64,000 nt of DNA from Candidatus Eutrophobius brisbanensis (GCA_038131795.1 JAYPQE010000003.1:1582630-1646629); one strand, 5' to 3'. Numbered from the stretch's first letter, positions 32,037 to 44,174 are shown. The notes: generated by a model not told the origin, from the sequence alone. A program made the numbers and translations.

Positions 32037-33941
32037 TCAGCACCAACGGTCAGACCAGGCCTGAAACATGAGTACATTCCATATCTGGTTTTGCCAATTG
32101 CGCTCCCCACGTTGATGTTGTTGCCATTTCTCATGAATAACTGTTGAATTTAGAAGCCCCTGGGCATCCAGCCTGGGCTTTTCAAGTAATGACTCGCCCC
32201 ATTCTCTCAAAGGACCACGTAGCCAGGATGCCAATGGCACTGAAAAACCCATTTTGGTCCTGTTTATCAAGTGTTCGGGGATATATTGCTTTAGAATCTG
32301 GCGTAATACCCATTTACCCTGTCCGTTGCGATATTTCATGGACATCGGCAGACCCCAGGCCATCTCAATCACCCTGTGGTCCAGAATCGGTATCCTGGTC
32401 TCAAGGGAAACCGCCATACTGGCCCGGTCTACCTTGGTTAAAATATCGTCAGTGAGATACCCAGTCGTGTCGAGATATTGCATCTGCTCAATCAATCCCG
32501 AAAGGTTCTGGTTAGCAATGAGTTGATTGGAATAAGGAGTTTCCTGGTGCTCACCCAATACCAGCTCATCGAGGAAATACCAGTGACTGACCAGGTGACT
32601 GTACAGTTCTGATTTGTTATCAGATAACAAATCTGCAAGTTGATACAGTTTGTCCCCGACCTGCCTGACTCTTAATCTGGCCGACATGTTATTCCAGGTG
32701 TTATTGGACACACTGCGGATGAGTGATTGCATAATACGCCGGCCAATTGGCGTGAGATATCCATAAGCATTATATAATTGCTTTGCAGATTTATATCGCT
32801 TATAGCCTGCAAAGACTTCATCCCCCCCGTCCCCCGACAGGGCAACGGTCACGTGTTCACGAGTCATCATTGACACCAGGTAGGTGGGGATTTGAGATGG
32901 GTCAGCAAATGGCTCATCGTAGATATCGGCCAGCAAAGGGATCGTGTCCAGCAGTTGCGCTGATGAAATATAAAATTCGCTATGATCTGTGTGTAATAGC
33001 ACCGCTACCTGTTTTGCATATTCAGCCTCATTAAACCGTGCATCATCAAATCCGATGGAAAATGTTTTAACCTGCGATATATTATTTTTCTGCATCAGGG
33101 CCACCACCAGCGAAGAATCTATGCCCCCGGACAGAAATGCCCCGAGCGGGACATCAGAGACCAGTCGCGACTTGACAGCGTCTTCCAGTAACGATTCCAG
33201 TGACCGAATCTGTTCGGGTTCGTTCGGGCAATTTTGAGATCGACGCGACGTAGAAACAATCTCATTAAAATCCCAGTATTTTTTTACGGTCAATTGCCGG
33301 GAACTGTCGATTTTCAAGATAGACCCTGGATCCAGTTTGAAGATATCTTTATATATTGTTTCAGGGCCCTTGATGTAACCAAACTGCATAAACGTTTTAA
33401 GGGCATGCCTGTCTATTTGTAATTGACAGCCAGTGTGCTGATGAAAGGATTTCAGTTCTGAAGCAAATACAAACAACCCCGCATGATGATAATAATATAG
33501 TGGTTTGATACCCATACGGTCCCTCACCAGGCAAAGGGAATTGTCCTGTTTGTCCCAAACACCAAATGCAAACATGCCTATGAGTTTTTGCACAACATCA
33601 TTTATTGGATATCTTGCGATAAGCTCGAGTAAGACCTCGGTATCGGAACTGCCGCGAAAGCATACCCCATCTGAAGTTAATTCTTTTCGTAATGATTCTG
33701 CATTATAGATCTCGCCATTATAAACAAGACAAAAACGACCGTTTTTCGAGTGCATGGGTTGCATACCTGTGTCGCTCAGGTCGATTATGGATAATCTCTG
33801 ATGGCCCAACGAAACCTGATGCGCGTCATCTGACCAGGTGCCGGTTCCATCCGGGCCACGATGGGATAGTACCGATGTCATGCCTTGAATATATTGATGC
33901 GCATCAGTATTACTGGCGAGTATTCCGGTTATGCCGCACAT
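32037..33941 (-). CDS. asnB: Asparagine synthase (glutamine-hydrolysing) family amidotransferase
   Basis: 634 aa with the N-terminal nucleophile MCGI and PP-loop SGGIDSS. Confidence 0.88.
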   Translation of the reverse strand: MCGITGILASNTDAHQYIQGMTSVLSHRGPDGTGTWSDDAHQVSLGHQRLSIIDLSDTGMQPMHSKNGRFCLVYNGEIYNAESLRKELTSDGVCFRGSSDTEVLLELIARYPINDVVQKLIGMFAFGVWDKQDNSLCLVRDRMGIKPLYYYHHAGLFVFASELKSFHQHTGCQLQIDRHALKTFMQFGYIKGPETIYKDIFKLDPGSILKIDSSRQLTVKKYWDFNEIVSTSRRSQNCPNEPEQIRSLESLLEDAVKSRLVSDVPLGAFLSGGIDSSLVVALMQKNNISQVKTFSIGFDDARFNEAEYAKQVAVLLHTDHSEFYISSAQLLDTIPLLADIYDEPFADPSQIPTYLVSMMTREHVTVALSGDGGDEVFAGYKRYKSAKQLYNAYGYLTPIGRRIMQSLIRSVSNNTWNNMSARLRVRQVGDKLYQLADLLSDNKSELYSHLVSHWYFLDELVLGEHQETPYSNQLIANQNLSGLIEQMQYLDTTGYLTDDILTKVDRASMAVSLETRIPILDHRVIEMAWGLPMSMKYRNGQGKWVLRQILKQYIPEHLINRTKMGFSVPLASWLRGPLREWGESLLEKPRLDAQGLLNSTVIHEKWQQHQRGERNWQNQIWNVLMFQAWSDRWC

Positions 33942-33980
33942 GAACTGTTCTTATATCGATTTAGTTAACGACAATCTGAT

Positions 33981-35153
33981 TCAGGTTTTTAATGAGGTCT
34001 GAAGAAAGTCAGATATGGCCCTGGCAGCCCGCTTTGACGAAGGTTCATCTGTCATTTCAAATGTCGCATTGAACAGATCCTGTTGACCGCTTCGATATTG
34101 TTCCTGGCTATTGATGGCCTGTTGAATGCCCATATCAAGCGCCTGAATATTGTCTACTACTGCACCTGTATGCCAGTTCTTATAACTTTCATCCTCTTCC
34201 CAGTCAATCTGATGTGTATTAATGAAGACGCTGGGACGTGGGTTGACCAGAAATTCATGATACTGGCTGCTGACATCCCCCATATAGATATCTGCCCCGA
34301 GGGTATAAGTCATATCTGTGCATGCAATACTGTCTGTATCTATGATGATATGCGGACAATTAAAATATTTTCCAGGGACAGGCTTCACCCAGCCTATACT
34401 GGATTTTTTCTCTTCTGAGAAATGCATTTTCCGTGTGTATAACATGATATGCGGCGCAAATATAAGGTTGTATTTATCACTGTTATAAAAGTACTCCAGA
34501 ATATCCAGCCCCATTTTGTACCAGGAAGAAACATTTGGCGAAAAATGCGGATTATACACAACAGTCAGCCTGTCATTTTTAAATAACCGTTGCTTTTTTC
34601 CTGACAAGGCATTAACGGCATCAAATTTTGGATAGCCTATGACGCGAGACTCGGTGGTTGCAAGCACACCTTCCCGTTGCATTCTATCCCGGACCTTCTC
34701 GCCTGAGAGAAATAACAAATCACACTTGCCTTTACCCTTATTAAAGCCGAATTTTCTATCTCCGGATCCATGGGTCGTGAGAATATATTTCAAGTGTGTT
34801 AGTCCAAAATGAGATTTCAATAACAGGCTGGTTTTTTCCGGGACCACCAGCGCGTCCAACCCCGCAAACACATCCAGGTTTCTTTTTAGCATCGTTATCT
34901 TTGATACCGGTAACGCCTTGTCAAAAACAGAACAAATGGACTTGAGATACCCCGGCATAGTGATCTCCACATAACTGCAATTATGATCCGGGTAATTAGC
35001 CTCAAATTGTTTTATATAATTTAGCTGGCTGTCCGATGAGGTAATAATGATAATTTCATTATCACTCTGCATCATGGACATCTCATAGGCCACAGAAATG
35101 GCATGGGGAATTTGATGCAGTTGTTCGTGATTAAATAGGAAGCCAATTTTCAT
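33981..35153 (-). CDS. Putative TagF-like CDP-alcohol glycerophosphotransferase / GT-B fold transferase
   Basis: 390 aa. VVYNPHFSP, FAPH and GADIYMGDVSSQYHEFLVNPRPSVFIN resemble the LYAPTxR, HP and ITDYSSxxFDFxxLxRPxIF blocks of Glyphos_transf enzymes. This is an eye alignment only. Confidence 0.4.
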   Translation of the reverse strand: MKIGFLFNHEQLHQIPHAISVAYEMSMMQSDNEIIIITSSDSQLNYIKQFEANYPDHNCSYVEITMPGYLKSICSVFDKALPVSKITMLKRNLDVFAGLDALVVPEKTSLLLKSHFGLTHLKYILTTHGSGDRKFGFNKGKGKCDLLFLSGEKVRDRMQREGVLATTESRVIGYPKFDAVNALSGKKQRLFKNDRLTVVYNPHFSPNVSSWYKMGLDILEYFYNSDKYNLIFAPHIMLYTRKMHFSEEKKSSIGWVKPVPGKYFNCPHIIIDTDSIACTDMTYTLGADIYMGDVSSQYHEFLVNPRPSVFINTHQIDWEEDESYKNWHTGAVVDNIQALDMGIQQAINSQEQYRSGQQDLFNATFEMTDEPSSKRAARAISDFLQTSLKT

Positions 35154-36688
35154 CTATGATCACTTGAGTTTATAAAGCTGTTGGAGACGGTTCTGGTATT
35201 CCAATGCAGCTCCTGGGCATGACTATTTACCTGTACCCAGTTTGACAATTTCTGAGAGGGGTTGACGGCCACAGGATGTGAACATTCTGCCAGGGAAGGT
35301 ATATCAGAATGATGATCAGTATACAACCACACTTGATGATTATTGGATTGAGATTCCCTGAGGTTACCAAGCATTGCTTCAATCATCGCCAGTTTGGCTT
35401 TACCGTAACAGTTTTCTCCGTCTATGCCGGGAATTATTTTGTCTCCTTTTTCCAAGGAGGCCGAGGCAATTATATTATTTATCCCAAGACGCCTGGCAAA
35501 ACAGTCTGCCATCCAGTCAAAACTGGCTGTTGCAATGACTAACTTTGCACCCGCAGTCTGCCATTGTCTGATGGTAAATATGGCATCCAGGTTGACCTTG
35601 GACTCCAGGACTTCATTTACATATGACTCACAAACCTTATTGAGTTGATCTTTATTTACCGGGCCAGTTAATAGTGCCTGCATGATTGTTTTTAATCGCT
35701 TGCGCGAAATACCTCCGACCAGATACAGCAACATCATCATGATAACAACTGGTAATAATAGTAATCTCCATGGACGTTTATGCCAGGCAAAATAAATCAG
35801 GAAAGGTAAAAACGTCCCGTGAGTGGTTATGGTCCTGTCCAGGTCAAAAATAATCCAAGGCGCAGCGTGGTCTGTTTCCTGCTCCTGGCGTTGTTTGCTA
35901 CGCATTTTTAGAATTGATTCAATCTGGACAATGTCTGAGACTTTATCGGCGTCAATGGCAACATCAGGATCATTCAATTTGACTGGTTGAACACGGGTAC
36001 CAGATCTACTGGAAATGATATTAAATGCCTCATCCAGACCAAGCCGTTTGAAATAAAACTTAGTAAAAACCAGGGGCCCTATTGTCCATGCAAGTTTAAA
36101 TACTTTTTTGGGACTGGTCTCAAATGCCTTCCAGAAATTTATAAGATTACCAGCCTGGTTATTTTTCAATAAAAACAGATTGCACCCTGTTACCGAGGTA
36201 TCTTTAAACTGCAGCCAGGTACGTCGAGATTCTGGATAATGTTTCGTCAACGTTGTCTTCTCAACCAATCCCAGATACAAATCGGCCTGGCTATTCTCTG
36301 CCTGCGCCAGAAAGTCATTCACATGACCCTCTCCAAGCAGGCAGTTATCCGCCGTCGTCACTAACAATGGAGGCGATAACTTTTCACCCTGCCATACTGA
36401 CAGGATGGAATCGGCAATACCCCCATCACTCTTAATAAACCGGACCTTATCAGATAGGGGATAAGCTGCTATCTCAGTTTGTATATCTTCCGGTTCCTGA
36501 GTGACAACAAAAATCTTTGACACCCTCTCCAGTGCATCCAGGCTACACAGGGTATGGATTAGCATTGGTTTATCAGCCACCGGCGCCAGGACTTTATATT
36601 TAGTCTTAAAATAATCGGCAATCGGATCACTCCCTGGTCGACGACCAGCGAGTAACAGGACGGAAAGTTTTTCGGTATTGGCAGTCAC
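35150..36688 (-). CDS. Fusion protein: N-terminal MobA-like nucleotidyltransferase plus C-terminal HAD-IB phosphatase-like domain with internal TM segment
   Basis: 512 aa. LLLAGRRPGSDP...LAPVADKPML is an NTP_transf_3-like N-terminus. IFDLDRTIT is HAD motif I and YTDHHSDIPSL is HAD motif IV-like. A hydrophobic stretch LLLLPVVIMMMLLYLVGG is present. The gene overlaps the next gene by 4 nt. Confidence 0.6.
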   Translation of the reverse strand: MTANTEKLSVLLLAGRRPGSDPIADYFKTKYKVLAPVADKPMLIHTLCSLDALERVSKIFVVTQEPEDIQTEIAAYPLSDKVRFIKSDGGIADSILSVWQGEKLSPPLLVTTADNCLLGEGHVNDFLAQAENSQADLYLGLVEKTTLTKHYPESRRTWLQFKDTSVTGCNLFLLKNNQAGNLINFWKAFETSPKKVFKLAWTIGPLVFTKFYFKRLGLDEAFNIISSRSGTRVQPVKLNDPDVAIDADKVSDIVQIESILKMRSKQRQEQETDHAAPWIIFDLDRTITTHGTFLPFLIYFAWHKRPWRLLLLPVVIMMMLLYLVGGISRKRLKTIMQALLTGPVNKDQLNKVCESYVNEVLESKVNLDAIFTIRQWQTAGAKLVIATASFDWMADCFARRLGINNIIASASLEKGDKIIPGIDGENCYGKAKLAMIEAMLGNLRESQSNNHQVWLYTDHHSDIPSLAECSHPVAVNPSQKLSNWVQVNSHAQELHWNTRTVSNSFINSSDHR

Positions 36689-36935
36689 GGTAAAGTACTT
36701 GTCTAAATTTACCCTGGATTCATTAACTGTATATCATCTATGGTTAATTAGAACCTTGTGTGGAACGGAAAACTACTAACGGTCACACCTTGATCGAGAT
36801 AGGCAAAGTACCATTTAAAAATGGTATAATCAATTTAATAATCAATATGTTATATTGTATAAGTTCGAAACAAACTTAAACAGTACAAAAAAGATTGATA
36901 TGATGGACCAAATCTCAATTAATCATTATATCTAA

Positions 36936-37937
<1,002 letters not shown>

Positions 37938-37942
37938 GTCGG

Positions 37943-38416
37943 TTAGTTAACACCCACCCTGTCTAACAAGTCCTGCAAATTTTGATGGTCCATGGTTAGC
38001 GGTGAGTTTTCACAAAACGTTTTGATTTTGCCCTCCAGAATTGCATAAGCCTCTTTGAATAATTCACGCTGTACTTCCACCGGTTGATCAGGTTGATCCG
38101 GATCATTTATCCCCCAGTGGCCGGTCAGTGGGGTACCTGGCCAAACCGGGCAGACCTCATTCGCTGCATTATCACAAACTGTTATCACCACATCCATTTC
38201 AGGTGAATCTGCAAACTCGTCCCAACTCTTACTCCTAAATCCATCTGTCTGATAACCCAATGATTGCAGTAACTCAATAGCCAGCGGGTTTACCATGCCC
38301 CTTGGAGTACTGCCGGCGCTATAGGCATGAATGTCCTTTCCGCCCAGACGGTTAAAAATGGCTTCGGCCATAATACTGCGGGCCGAATTACCGGTACATA
38401 ACACCAATATATTCAT
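37943..38416 (-). CDS. arsC: Arsenate reductase, LMW-PTPase family
   Basis: 157 aa with P-loop CTGNSARS. Confidence 0.85.
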   Translation of the reverse strand: MNILVLCTGNSARSIMAEAIFNRLGGKDIHAYSAGSTPRGMVNPLAIELLQSLGYQTDGFRSKSWDEFADSPEMDVVITVCDNAANEVCPVWPGTPLTGHWGINDPDQPDQPVEVQRELFKEAYAILEGKIKTFCENSPLTMDHQNLQDLLDRVGVN

Positions 38417-38451
38417 AGTTCATACCCGATAAAAAATAACCTGCAAGCGCC

Positions 38452-39168
38452 TCATGCCAGGACTTCAGCAAAAAAGTTAACACAACTTTGCCATGCACGC
38501 TTATCCGCATCGGGGTTATAGACTGTCCCCCTGTCTGGATCGTTTGCCTGGGGATTAGTAAAGGCATGGCGGGTATTACCATAGGCATGAACCTGCCAGT
38601 CCACACCCGCAGCAGACATTTCAGCTGCAAGCTCATCAATCGATTCCGGTGGCACCATGGGATCATCATATCCATGTAAGGCCAGTACTTTTGCCTTGAT
38701 GTGATGACTGTCCAGATTTCCAGGCGGTGTAAAAAAACCGTGTAGACTGATGACGCCACGTAGGTCTTCACCCGTCCTGGCCAGATCTAATACACAAAGA
38801 CCCCCAAAACAGAAACCCATCGCTGCAATTCTTTTCTCATCCACTTCCGGTATGGAACGAATGGTGTTCAACGCCGCCAGCATTCTGGATTGCAGCTCTG
38901 CTCTATCTTCAAGCAATGGCTGCATCAATCCAGCATTTTGTTCCGGGCTGGTCCCCCGTACCCCTTTGCCGTACACATCCAGGGCAAATCCTACATAACC
39001 CAGTTCAGCCAGCAATCTGGCCTTGCTTGCATCAAACTCACCCTGCCCACCCCAGGCATGGGAGATTAGAATTCCCGGAACGGCCTCCTGATTAGAATCA
39101 TCATAGGCAATAACTCCCTGAAATGGTTTGCCCTTATCTTCATATTCTATTTCTCTTTCAACAATCAT
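38452..39168 (-). CDS. Dienelactone hydrolase family protein
   Basis: 238-aa alpha/beta hydrolase with the nucleophile region GFCFGG typical of DLH. Confidence 0.8.
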   Translation of the reverse strand: MIVEREIEYEDKGKPFQGVIAYDDSNQEAVPGILISHAWGGQGEFDASKARLLAELGYVGFALDVYGKGVRGTSPEQNAGLMQPLLEDRAELQSRMLAALNTIRSIPEVDEKRIAAMGFCFGGLCVLDLARTGEDLRGVISLHGFFTPPGNLDSHHIKAKVLALHGYDDPMVPPESIDELAAEMSAAGVDWQVHAYGNTRHAFTNPQANDPDRGTVYNPDADKRAWQSCVNFFAEVLA

Positions 39169-39243
39169 AATGGCTTCCCCTGTCTATGATATACGGGTAT
39201 TGAATTGTGTTATTTATAAAAAGAAGATTAACTACGGAATGGA

Positions 39244-40644
39244 TCAGGAATCAAGTCCTAATGATTTAATCTTTCTGGTCAGGGTATTTCTACCCCATCC
39301 CAGTAATTTTGCAGCATCCTGACGCCGGCCACCTGTCTTTTTTAATGCGGTTTCAATCATAATTCGCTCAAACCTGGGAACAGCATCGGCAAGAATACTG
39401 GACTGTCCATTTACCAGATTCATTTCAACCCAGCTCCTCAAGGTCTCTTCCCAGTCGTTATTCACTTGAGGTTGATCAATTTGTTTTAATTCAGGTGGTA
39501 AATCTTCATGATGAATCTCCTTACCTGAAGCCATTACCGTCACCCACCGGCAAAAGTTTTCAAGTTGACGGACATTGCCTGGCCAGGAAAGTGATGTTAA
39601 AAACTCCTGGGTCTTTGCTGTGACCTGTTTTTTGTCCACCTCCAATTCTGCTGCTGCGGTTTTCAAAAAATGATCAATTAAAGCAGGTATATCCTCACGT
39701 CGATCTCGTAATGACGGTACATGTACTCGAATAACATTCAATCGATGAAATAAATCTTCTCTGAAATCGCCCTGTTTCACCCGAGCCTCAAGGTCCTGGT
39801 GTGTCGCCGCAATCACCCTCACATTGACTTTAATTGGCGTGTGTCCACCCACCCGATAAAATTCACCATCTGCCAGGACGCGTAATAAGCGGGTCTGCAA
39901 ATCTGCTGGCATATCCCCAATTTCATCCAGAAATAATGTCCCGCCATTGGCCTGCTCAAATCGTCCGGTACGGCGTTCACTGGCACCGGTAAATGCACCC
40001 TTTTCATGACCAAATAGTTCCGATTCCAGTAACTCCTTGGGGATGGCCGCAGTATTTAATGCGATAAATGGCTGTTGGTTACGTGGACTGTGCTTGTGCA
40101 GGGCCTTGGCCACCAACTCCTTACCGGTACCAGATTCACCTGTAATTAATACGGTTAGATTGGACCCCGATAAGCGACCTATTGCCCGAAACACTTCCTG
40201 CATGGCCGGGGCTGACCCGATAATGTCAGTTCCTTCATCTAATTCTTCGGCCTGATCATTTTTGATACCGGCATCCGTTTCTTTAATGGCCCGCTTAACC
40301 AGATTGACCACTTCATCCACATCAAAAGGCTTTGAAATAAATTCAAATGCACCACTTTGAAAAGCGGATACCGCCTTGTCCAGATCAGAATAGGCCGTCA
40401 TGATAATGACCGGCACATCTGGTGCCTGTTTTTTTATCTCGTTTGTCAATGCAATGCCATCCATGTCCGGCATACGGATATCTGAAATAATGACATCCGG
40501 TTTTTCCCTGCCTAACCTGGACAATAGTTTTCCTGGACCATCAAAACTCACAACCTGCATATCATCGGCTGCCAGGGCCTTTTCCAACACCCATCGAATT
40601 GACTTATCGTCATCGACAATCCAGATTTTATTATTTTCAGTCAT
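39244..40644 (-). CDS. ntrC: Nitrogen regulation protein NR(I), sigma-54-dependent response regulator
   Basis: 466 aa with a receiver domain, AAA+ [14 protein letters not shown] and a C-terminal Fis-type HTH. Confidence 0.92.
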   Translation of the reverse strand: MTENNKIWIVDDDKSIRWVLEKALAADDMQVVSFDGPGKLLSRLGREKPDVIISDIRMPDMDGIALTNEIKKQAPDVPVIIMTAYSDLDKAVSAFQSGAFEFISKPFDVDEVVNLVKRAIKETDAGIKNDQAEELDEGTDIIGSAPAMQEVFRAIGRLSGSNLTVLITGESGTGKELVAKALHKHSPRNQQPFIALNTAAIPKELLESELFGHEKGAFTGASERRTGRFEQANGGTLFLDEIGDMPADLQTRLLRVLADGEFYRVGGHTPIKVNVRVIAATHQDLEARVKQGDFREDLFHRLNVIRVHVPSLRDRREDIPALIDHFLKTAAAELEVDKKQVTAKTQEFLTSLSWPGNVRQLENFCRWVTVMASGKEIHHEDLPPELKQIDQPQVNNDWEETLRSWVEMNLVNGQSSILADAVPRFERIMIETALKKTGGRRQDAAKLLGWGRNTLTRKIKSLGLDS

Positions 40645-41761
40645 CGTTCATATCCAGGGGTAACAATATGGTAAAGATAGTGCGATCTGCCTGACGTTCA
40701 TAATTGATAGAGCCGCCATTCGATTGTAATAATGACTGGGCAATGGACAGACCAAGACCTGTCCCTTCCGGGCGGCCGGTGATCAATGGATAAAATACCT
40801 CGCGTTTGATGTCTTGCGGTATTCCCGGACCATCATCCATTACCTTAATTTCAGCAGCTAACCTGTAAAAATCCTGACGGATGGTACAATGTCTCTTAAT
40901 GCGGGTTTGAATCCATACCTGCCCATTGGTTGCAATGGCCTGTAAGGCATTGCGTAAAACATTCATGAACACCTGAATCAATTGGTCCTTATCTCCCTGC
41001 AATAATGGCAGGCTGGGGTCATAATCCCGCGTGATCTTTAACTCCTCAGTTGACTCGGCCCGGCATACCTCCACAACATATTCCAGAATTTCATGAAGAT
41101 TGATACTGGATAGTTGAGGCGGTGTTTCGTGCACCATCATTCTATCAACCAGGTTGCGCAACCTGTCTGCTTCACTGATGATGATCTGCGTATATTCCTT
41201 CAAATTTTTATTTTGCAATTCCTTTTCCAGTAATTGTGCGGCCCCTCTCAGGCCACCTAATGGATTTTTGATTTCATGTGCAATGCCTTTCAGTGATTTT
41301 CTAGCTGCATCATGGACGATTGAACTGGTTTCTTCCCGCATCACCCGGGTAAATGAATTGGCATCAACCAGTTCCACAATCACATATTTAACATCGTCTT
41401 GAGTCATGATCGGAGTAACCATACAACCAACAGTAATACTGGTTTGACCGTTTAAATATAATTCTACCCCCCAGTCGGTATAGGGATGCATTTCATCAAG
41501 GGAACGCCTGATGTCATCAATAAACTCTTTTGAGGCAGGTAAAAACTCATCAGGTGTCTGACCTTTGACCTTGTTGATACTCAACGATAACAGGTTTTCA
41601 CCGGCGGCGTTGATACTCATTAGTCTGAGTGAACTATCAAAGACCATAACCGCTGTGCTAATGTTCTCAATGAGTGCATCTGGTGATTTAAATATATCAT
41701 TCATAATTGGGTATTTTGCACTATATTGGTGCAATAAAGAAGAAATAATCTGTCCTTGCAT
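40637..41761 (-). CDS. ntrB: Nitrogen regulation sensor histidine kinase NR(II)
   Basis: 374 aa with a PAS domain, H-box HEIKNPL and an HATPase domain. It overlaps ntrC by 8 nt. Confidence 0.88.
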   Translation of the reverse strand: MQGQIISSLLHQYSAKYPIMNDIFKSPDALIENISTAVMVFDSSLRLMSINAAGENLLSLSINKVKGQTPDEFLPASKEFIDDIRRSLDEMHPYTDWGVELYLNGQTSITVGCMVTPIMTQDDVKYVIVELVDANSFTRVMREETSSIVHDAARKSLKGIAHEIKNPLGGLRGAAQLLEKELQNKNLKEYTQIIISEADRLRNLVDRMMVHETPPQLSSINLHEILEYVVEVCRAESTEELKITRDYDPSLPLLQGDKDQLIQVFMNVLRNALQAIATNGQVWIQTRIKRHCTIRQDFYRLAAEIKVMDDGPGIPQDIKREVFYPLITGRPEGTGLGLSIAQSLLQSNGGSINYERQADRTIFTILLPLDMNDD

Positions 41762-41928
41762 TGAATTAAATTTTCTATTTTTATATAAAAATCAGTTAGT
41801 TAACATAAGCACACTGAATTTGATGCTCAGTATATTTATATAAGAGCAAGAATCAGACCAAGATCAGGTCGTTTTACAAATACCTGGAAAATACCTGGAA
41901 ATGTATCGATATGACTAATTTACTGAAG

Positions 41929-42444
41929 TTAACGGCCTATTACAGAAGCCTGGCGCATATGGAAGGTCACACTTTCAGACGAGATGACCTCATCACCATT
42001 TCCACTAATGACAGCAACACGGACGGTATGGGTACCCCTGTCTAACTCTTCGAGACTATGGCTTGTCGCCTTACCTTTATGAATTTGGTTACCATCCAGA
42101 AAATAGACCAGATTATCACCACCTCGTAGTCGGGGTGATAATGAAACACTAATCACCAGGTCACCCTGACTTCGAAAATAGGTTTCATCGTCTTTTGGAT
42201 TAGAAATGCTAATCTGGTTATAACGCACCTGCTGCTGGGACGTGGTTCTGGGCGGGGGTGCATTTTTCAGCGCTGGTATGGTTGTTACCTCTTTGACTTC
42301 AATTTTTTTTGAGCCTTCAACCGGCTGATCCGTAAACGTCGGGTTTCCGTTTTCATCCACTGTCATATAGACGTCAGCAGCCATGACACCGGTCATGAAA
42401 AAGCCACCTAAAATCACCAGTAGTTTATTCATATTATTAAACAT
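41929..42444 (-). CDS. DUF4124-like secreted protein
   Basis: It has a signal peptide followed by DVYMTVDENGNPTFTDQP, the DUF4124 signature pattern. It lies between glnA and ntrB. The start could be the MNKLL Met at 42432. Confidence 0.6.
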   Translation of the reverse strand: MFNNMNKLLVILGGFFMTGVMAADVYMTVDENGNPTFTDQPVEGSKKIEVKEVTTIPALKNAPPPRTTSQQQVRYNQISISNPKDDETYFRSQGDLVISVSLSPRLRGGDNLVYFLDGNQIHKGKATSHSLEELDRGTHTVRVAVISGNGDEVISSESVTFHMRQASVIGR

Positions 42445-42503
42445 AGTTGATTGTCTAGACTCTCACAACTGGATAATAGTTCCTGTGAATCATTTCACAG
42501 CAT

Positions 42504-42534
42504 AAAAAAAAGCCCCCTGAAAAAGGGGGCTTTT
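42504..42534 (-). terminator. Rho-independent terminator downstream of glnA (bidirectional shape)
   Basis: AAAAAAAA-GCCCCCT-GAAAA-AGGGGGC-TTTT. On the minus strand the GC stem is followed by T8. A second hairpin, CTGTGAA-TCAT-TTCACAG, lies at 42483-42500. Confidence 0.8.
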
Positions 42535-42553
42535 CGATGCTAGAGAGACATTA

Positions 42554-43963
42554 TCAGAGGCTGTAGTACATGGAGAATTCAACCGGATGGGTAGTCATTC
42601 TAAACCGGGTCACTTCATCCATCTTCAGGGCGATATAGCCATCAATCATGTCATCAGAGAATACATCACCTGCCTTCAGGAAGTCGCGGTCAGCGTCCAG
42701 GGCCTCCAGCGCACGATCCAGTGAAGAACAAACCGTCGGGATGTTCTGCTCTTCTTCAGGCGGCAAATCATATAGGTCTTTCTCTAAGGGTGCACCTGGA
42801 TCTATCTTGTTCTGAATCCCGTCCAGACCCGCCATCATCAAGGCGGTGAATGTTAAGTACGGGTTACCACAGGAATCCGGGAACCTGACCTCAATTCGCC
42901 TGGCCTTGGGATTGGCAATAAACGGAATACGACAGGAAGCAGAACGGTTTCTAGCTGAATAAGCAAGTAAAGTCGGTGCCTCAAATCCGGGTACCAGTCG
43001 TTTATAACTATTGGTACTGGCATTGGTAAAGGCATTAATTGCCCTGGCGTGTTTAAAAATTCCACCGATATAGTGCAATGCAGTTTCCGAAAGGCCACCA
43101 TACTTATCACCACTGAACAGGTTTTGTCCGTCTTTTGCTAATGACTGGTGGACATGCATACCATTTCCATTGTCACCTACCAATGGTTTTGGCATAAAGG
43201 TAGCCGTCTTCCCGAAGGCATGGGCAATATTCAGAACACAATATTTCAGCATTAACAGTTCGTCTGCCTTTCTAGTCAGGGTATTGAATACAGTACCAAT
43301 TTCACACTGGCCAGCGGTGGCAACTTCATGGTGGTGAACCTCTACACCGATACCAACCTGTTCAAGGGTGGCACAGATTGCAGATCGAATATTCTGCAGG
43401 GAATCTACAGGGGGCACTGGGAAATAACCGCCTTTTACACCCGGACGGTGGCCAATATTGGCATCATCTGTTGCCCGGTCACTGTTCCATGCACCTTCTT
43501 CTGAATCCACTTCATAGAAAGCGCTGTTGAGATTGTCTCCCCACCTGGCCTCGTCAAAGATAAAAAATTCCGGTTCAGGACCAAAGTACGCAGTATCAGC
43601 AATACCCGTTGATTTTAAATATTCTTCAGCACGTTTGGCCAATGAACGGGGATCGCGGACATAGCCCTGCATGGTATGAGGCTCGAGAACATCACAACGA
43701 ATAGCAATGGTAGTGTCATCGTAAAACGGGTCCAGGAAGGCCGCATCAGGATCTGGCATTAATACCATGTCTGATTCATTGATACCCTTCCATCCGGCAA
43801 TGGATGAACCATCGAACATCTTGCCATCCTGAAAAAATTCTTCGTCTATCTGTGAAACAGGAACGGTGACATGCTGTTCTTTTCCGCGAGTATCACAGAA
43901 GCGTAAGTCAGCATAGACAGCTTCATGCTCATTGATCAGCTCCTGTACCTTGTTATTCGACAT
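42554..43963 (-). CDS. glnA: Glutamine synthetase, type I
   Basis: The start at [14 protein letters not shown] (ATG 43963) follows a GAGGAGA RBS. The tracked ORF start at 44014 adds 17 residues. GS-I blocks run throughout, including the adenylylation-region sequence NLYDLPPEE. Confidence 0.95.
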   Translation of the reverse strand: MSNNKVQELINEHEAVYADLRFCDTRGKEQHVTVPVSQIDEEFFQDGKMFDGSSIAGWKGINESDMVLMPDPDAAFLDPFYDDTTIAIRCDVLEPHTMQGYVRDPRSLAKRAEEYLKSTGIADTAYFGPEPEFFIFDEARWGDNLNSAFYEVDSEEGAWNSDRATDDANIGHRPGVKGGYFPVPPVDSLQNIRSAICATLEQVGIGVEVHHHEVATAGQCEIGTVFNTLTRKADELLMLKYCVLNIAHAFGKTATFMPKPLVGDNGNGMHVHQSLAKDGQNLFSGDKYGGLSETALHYIGGIFKHARAINAFTNASTNSYKRLVPGFEAPTLLAYSARNRSASCRIPFIANPKARRIEVRFPDSCGNPYLTFTALMMAGLDGIQNKIDPGAPLEKDLYDLPPEEEQNIPTVCSSLDRALEALDADRDFLKAGDVFSDDMIDGYIALKMDEVTRFRMTTHPVEFSMYYSL

Positions 43964-44047
43964 ATTTTCTCTCCTCAATCTTGATATCACTTGTCGTTTA
44001 TTTTTTGTTAGCACAACTCACGCACAGGCGAGTTACCTCGTCTAATA

Positions 44048-44063
44048 AGCATGATCTATGCCA
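44048..44063 (-). promoter_or_regulatory. Sigma-54 (-24/-12) promoter of glnA
   Basis: The minus strand reads TGGCATAGATCATGCT. This has the GG-N10-GC spacing of the TGGCAC-N5-TTGCW consensus and lies about 85 nt upstream of the glnA ATG. Confidence 0.6.
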
Positions 44064-44126
44064 TTGGAAATACATGAAATAAAGTTAATAAAAACAGAAT
44101 GTTAACTAAATAATGCCTATACAGAC

Positions 44127-44143
44127 TGCACCATTTTAGTGCT
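44127..44143. promoter_or_regulatory. Candidate NtrC enhancer site
   Basis: TGCACCATTTTAGTGCT versus consensus TGCACC-N5-GGTGCA. It lies about 70 bp upstream of the sigma-54 promoter. Confidence 0.5.
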
Positions 44144-44157
44144 TTTTCCCTAGATCA

Positions 44158-44174
44158 TGCACCAAATTAGATCT
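44158..44174. promoter_or_regulatory. Possible second NtrC site; only the half-site is well conserved
   Basis: TGCACCAAATTAGATCT. The left half is perfect and the right half is poor. Confidence 0.3.

Noticed and set aside
41879-41900. Tandem 11-bp direct repeat AATACCTGGAA x2 upstream of ntrB.
   Set aside because: There are only two copies and no match to a known operator or to the sigma-54 -24/-12 geometry. It is noted under the glnA-region finding but is too short to interpret alone.
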